NCBI GenBank assembly: GCA_049322915.1
Contig: JBMOPW010000001.1
Location: forward strand, 14,093 to 78,092
Origin: Candidatus Zhuqueibacterota bacterium
GTDB lineage: Bacteria; Zhuqueibacterota; Zhuqueibacteria; Thermofontimicrobiales; Thermofontimicrobiaceae
Length of the DNA: 64,000 nt
Reading direction: 5' to 3'
Made by a program: the position numbers and the translations under genes. Shown here in pieces: positions 61,079-64,000 of this stretch. Each line of letters opens with the position of its first letter. Within the stretch, counting starts at the first letter, position 1. The notes beneath the pieces are model-generated. The model did no database searches. It was not told the origin of the DNA and saw only the letters and a program-made list of their open reading frames with translations.

Positions 61079-63784
61079 ATGAAAGAAAATTCGTTTCGAA
61101 CGAAGAAAAAAATCAGGATTGATGGCGCAGACTATGTGATGTTTCATGTGCAGAAATTGGACGAGCAACATACCGGGAAAACCGGGCATCTGCCTTTTTC
61201 GATAAAGATTTTGCTGGAAGCTCTGCTGCGCAATGAAAATGGGCGCGAGGTGCAGCGGAAAGATATCGAGAACCTGGCCAACTGGGACGCTAAAAAAGTG
61301 AAGTCCGTGGAGATGCCTTTTCAGCCGGGTCGGGTGCTTTTGCAGGATTTCACCGGCGTGCCGGCAGTAGTGGATCTGGCGGCGCTGCGTTCGGCCGCCA
61401 TTCGTTTGGGCGGCGATCCTCAGAAGATCAATCCGCAGATCCCGGTAGATCTGGTCATCGATCACTCCGTCTCCGTGGATTTTTTCGGATCACGATTGGC
61501 GCTGCAAAAAAATTCGGATCTGGAGTTCGGGCGAAATCGCGAGCGCTACGAGTTTCTCAAATGGGCGGCCAGAGCGTTCAGCAATTTCCGCGCAGTGCCG
61601 CCAGCCACGGGCATTGTTCATCAGGTCAATCTGGAATTTTTGGCCAATGTCGTTCAGACGCAGCAGACCGCTGCCGGGGAAGTTGCGATTTTTCCGGATA
61701 CAGTGGTGGGGACAGATTCGCACACGCCGATGATCAACGGGCTTGGCGTTGTTGGCTGGGGCGTCGGCGGCATTGAGGCGGAAGCCACCATGCTGGGCCA
61801 GCCAATTTATATGCTCATTCCGGAAGTGATCGGATTCAAGCTGACGGGCGAGCTGCAGGAGGGGGCAACCGCCACGGACCTGGTGCTGACTATCACTCAG
61901 ATGCTGCGCGCGCGGGGTGTGGTTGGTAAATTTGTAGAATTTTTCGGTCCTGGCCTGGATTCCTTAGCCCTTCCGGACAGGGCAACCATCGCCAACATGT
62001 CCCCGGAATACGGCGCGACCATTGGCTTTTTCCCGGTGGATCGCGAGACGCTGAATTATCTGCGCAGCACCGGCCGTCCTGAAAAGCTGATTCGATTGGT
62101 CGAAGTTTACTGCAAAGAGCAGGGATTATTTCGAACTGCGGACACGCCGGATCCGACGTTCACCGATACGCTGGAACTGAACCAGGGTGATGTTGTTCCC
62201 AGTCTTGCCGGCCCCAAGCGGCCGCAGGATCGCATCTCGCTCAGGGAGATGAAACAATCGTGGCATGCGGCGCTGGAAGCTCCGCCGGAAAAACGCGGAT
62301 TTGGCGTGCCGCCGGCTGAGGGCGGAAAATCAGCGACAATATCGCGCGACGGCTTTTCATTTGAAATCTCCCACGGCGCTGTCGTCATTGCCGCCATCAC
62401 ATCGTGTACGAATACGTCCAATCCCAACGTGATGATCGCCGCCGGTCTGTTGGCCAAAAAGGCGGTGCAGGCCGGTCTGCGGACCAAACCCTGGGTGAAG
62501 ACATCCATCGCGCCCGGTTCAAAGGCGGTGACGCAGTACTTGGACGCCTGCGGTCTGACGCCGTATCTGGAAGGGTTGGGGTTCCATACCGTCGGCTACG
62601 GCTGCACCACGTGCATTGGTAACTCCGGCCCATTGCCTGAGCCCATTTCCCGGGCAGTCAATGAGAACAAGCTCATCGTGGCGTCGGTATTGTCCGGCAA
62701 TCGTAATTTCGAAGGCCGCATCAATCCGGAAGTGCAGGCGAATTTCCTGGCATCGCCGCCGCTCGTGGTCGCGTACGCCATTGCCGGCACAGTGAATATC
62801 GATCTGGCCAGTGAGCCGCTTGGCCTGGATCCCAATGGCCAGACGGTTTTTCTCAAAGATATTTGGCCGACGAATGCGGAAGTGCAACAGGCGGTTCAGA
62901 CCTATCTTTCATCGGATATCTACCGCCGGCAGTACAGCAATGTCTACGACGGAAATGCCACCTGGAACGAAGTGGAGGTCCCGCAGGGCGCTGTGTACCA
63001 CTGGCGCGCGGAGAGCAGCTATATTCAGGAACCGCCGTTCTTCAAAACCATTACCGATGAAGCGCCTCCCATTCACGAGATTCGCGGCGCAAAAGTCCTG
63101 GCATGGCTGCCGGATTCAACCACGACCGACCATATCTCACCGGCAGGCGCCATTGCGGAGACATCGCCGGCCGGAAAGTACCTTATTTCGAGGGGTGTGC
63201 AGAAGCGGGATTTCAACTCATACGGCAGTCGCCGCGGCAATCACGAAGTGATGATGCGCGGCACCCTGGCCAATATTCGCATCAAAAATAAACTGATGCC
63301 GGGCGTGGAAGGCGGCTACACCATCTATCAGCCGACCGGCGAGCATTTGGCGATGTGGGACGCTGCGGTGAAATATATGGCGGATGGCGCGCCGCTCATC
63401 ATTCTGGCTGGCAAGGAATACGGCGCCGGCTCATCCCGCGATTGGGCTGCCAAAGGCGTGTACCTCCAGGGCGTCAAAGCTGTGATCGCGGAAAGCTATG
63501 AGCGGATTCACCGTTCGAATCTGGTGGGCATGGGCATTGCGCCGCTCCAATTTCGGCCCGGGCAGAGTGCGGCGTCACTGGGACTGACGGGCCGGGAGCG
63601 ATTTGACACCGCCGGTCTGAGCGATGCGTTGCAGCCCGGCGCGACAGTGACTGTCCGCGCGACGAAGCCGGACGGCGGCCTCATCGAATTTGAGACGCTC
63701 TGCCGCATCGATACGCCGGTGGAAGTGGACTATTTCCGCAATGGCGGAATTTTGAATATGGTGCTGCGGCGGCTGTTGAAGTGA
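61079..63784 (+). CDS. acnA: Aconitate hydratase A
   Basis: [48 protein letters not shown]. Confidence 0.97.
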   Translation: MKENSFRTKKKIRIDGADYVMFHVQKLDEQHTGKTGHLPFSIKILLEALLRNENGREVQRKDIENLANWDAKKVKSVEMPFQPGRVLLQDFTGVPAVVDLAALRSAAIRLGGDPQKINPQIPVDLVIDHSVSVDFFGSRLALQKNSDLEFGRNRERYEFLKWAARAFSNFRAVPPATGIVHQVNLEFLANVVQTQQTAAGEVAIFPDTVVGTDSHTPMINGLGVVGWGVGGIEAEATMLGQPIYMLIPEVIGFKLTGELQEGATATDLVLTITQMLRARGVVGKFVEFFGPGLDSLALPDRATIANMSPEYGATIGFFPVDRETLNYLRSTGRPEKLIRLVEVYCKEQGLFRTADTPDPTFTDTLELNQGDVVPSLAGPKRPQDRISLREMKQSWHAALEAPPEKRGFGVPPAEGGKSATISRDGFSFEISHGAVVIAAITSCTNTSNPNVMIAAGLLAKKAVQAGLRTKPWVKTSIAPGSKAVTQYLDACGLTPYLEGLGFHTVGYGCTTCIGNSGPLPEPISRAVNENKLIVASVLSGNRNFEGRINPEVQANFLASPPLVVAYAIAGTVNIDLASEPLGLDPNGQTVFLKDIWPTNAEVQQAVQTYLSSDIYRRQYSNVYDGNATWNEVEVPQGAVYHWRAESSYIQEPPFFKTITDEAPPIHEIRGAKVLAWLPDSTTTDHISPAGAIAETSPAGKYLISRGVQKRDFNSYGSRRGNHEVMMRGTLANIRIKNKLMPGVEGGYTIYQPTGEHLAMWDAAVKYMADGAPLIILAGKEYGAGSSRDWAAKGVYLQGVKAVIAESYERIHRSNLVGMGIAPLQFRPGQSAASLGLTGRERFDTAGLSDALQPGATVTVRATKPDGGLIEFETLCRIDTPVEVDYFRNGGILNMVLRRLLK

Positions 63785-63930
63785 TCGCACAACGCGCCGT
63801 CGGCATCGTGCATCGTCTTAACCACGATTTCTACAAGATGAAAGGATGACCAGGATGAAAAACATGACCAATTAAGGTAATCCTAAAATCCTGCAAATCC
63901 CTGTTAAGACAAAGGAGGATTAAAAACCAG

Positions 63931-64000
63931 ATGTATGTTAATCTTGCTTCGCTCAATGATGCCGATATTACCTGCTCCGAGGAAGAAAAACGTCTTAACC
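63931..64000 (+). CDS. Start of next ORF (truncated by window end)
   Basis: AAGGAGG upstream; MYVNLASLNDADITCSEEEKRLN... is open to the edge. Confidence 0.5.
   Translation, partial: MYVNLASLNDADITCSEEEKRLN

Overview
Bacterial chromosomal DNA, probably from a diderm anaerobe or micro-aerotolerant organism. An FCB-group lineage such as KSB1 or Calditrichota is a guess, not something the sequence shows. The first ~5.4 kb holds an M28 peptidase followed by a degenerate attC-like site, a HerA/DUF853-type ATPase and small minus-strand hypotheticals. The remaining ~58 kb is one co-oriented (+ strand) oxygen/ROS-defence and respiration cluster. Its regulators are two PerR-type proteins, with shared operator-like boxes upstream of several operons, and an IscR-like Rrf2. 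Respiratory modules: (1) two CydA-like proteins, each fused to a cytochrome c, co-transcribed with an alternative complex III (actABCD-F) whose actE position holds only a 43-codon scar-like ORF; (2) canonical cydAB; (3) sdh/frdAB without a membrane anchor; (4) ferredoxin plus nqrBCDEF without nqrA; (5) a pentaheme cytochrome plus a Cyc2-like cytochrome-porin. Defence and repair genes: rubrerythrins, ferritin, superoxide reductase, Tat-exported SOD, rubredoxin, GPx, Tpx, Bcp, a glutaredoxin with FTR, an IscS-like protein lacking the PLP lysine, IscU, TusA and aconitase A. PAS/MEDS two-component genes sit in the middle. The best candidate for an undescribed system is the PerR-led operon joining the bd-like/cytochrome c pair to the ActE-less ACIII. 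All calls come from reading motifs by eye; no database searches were run.
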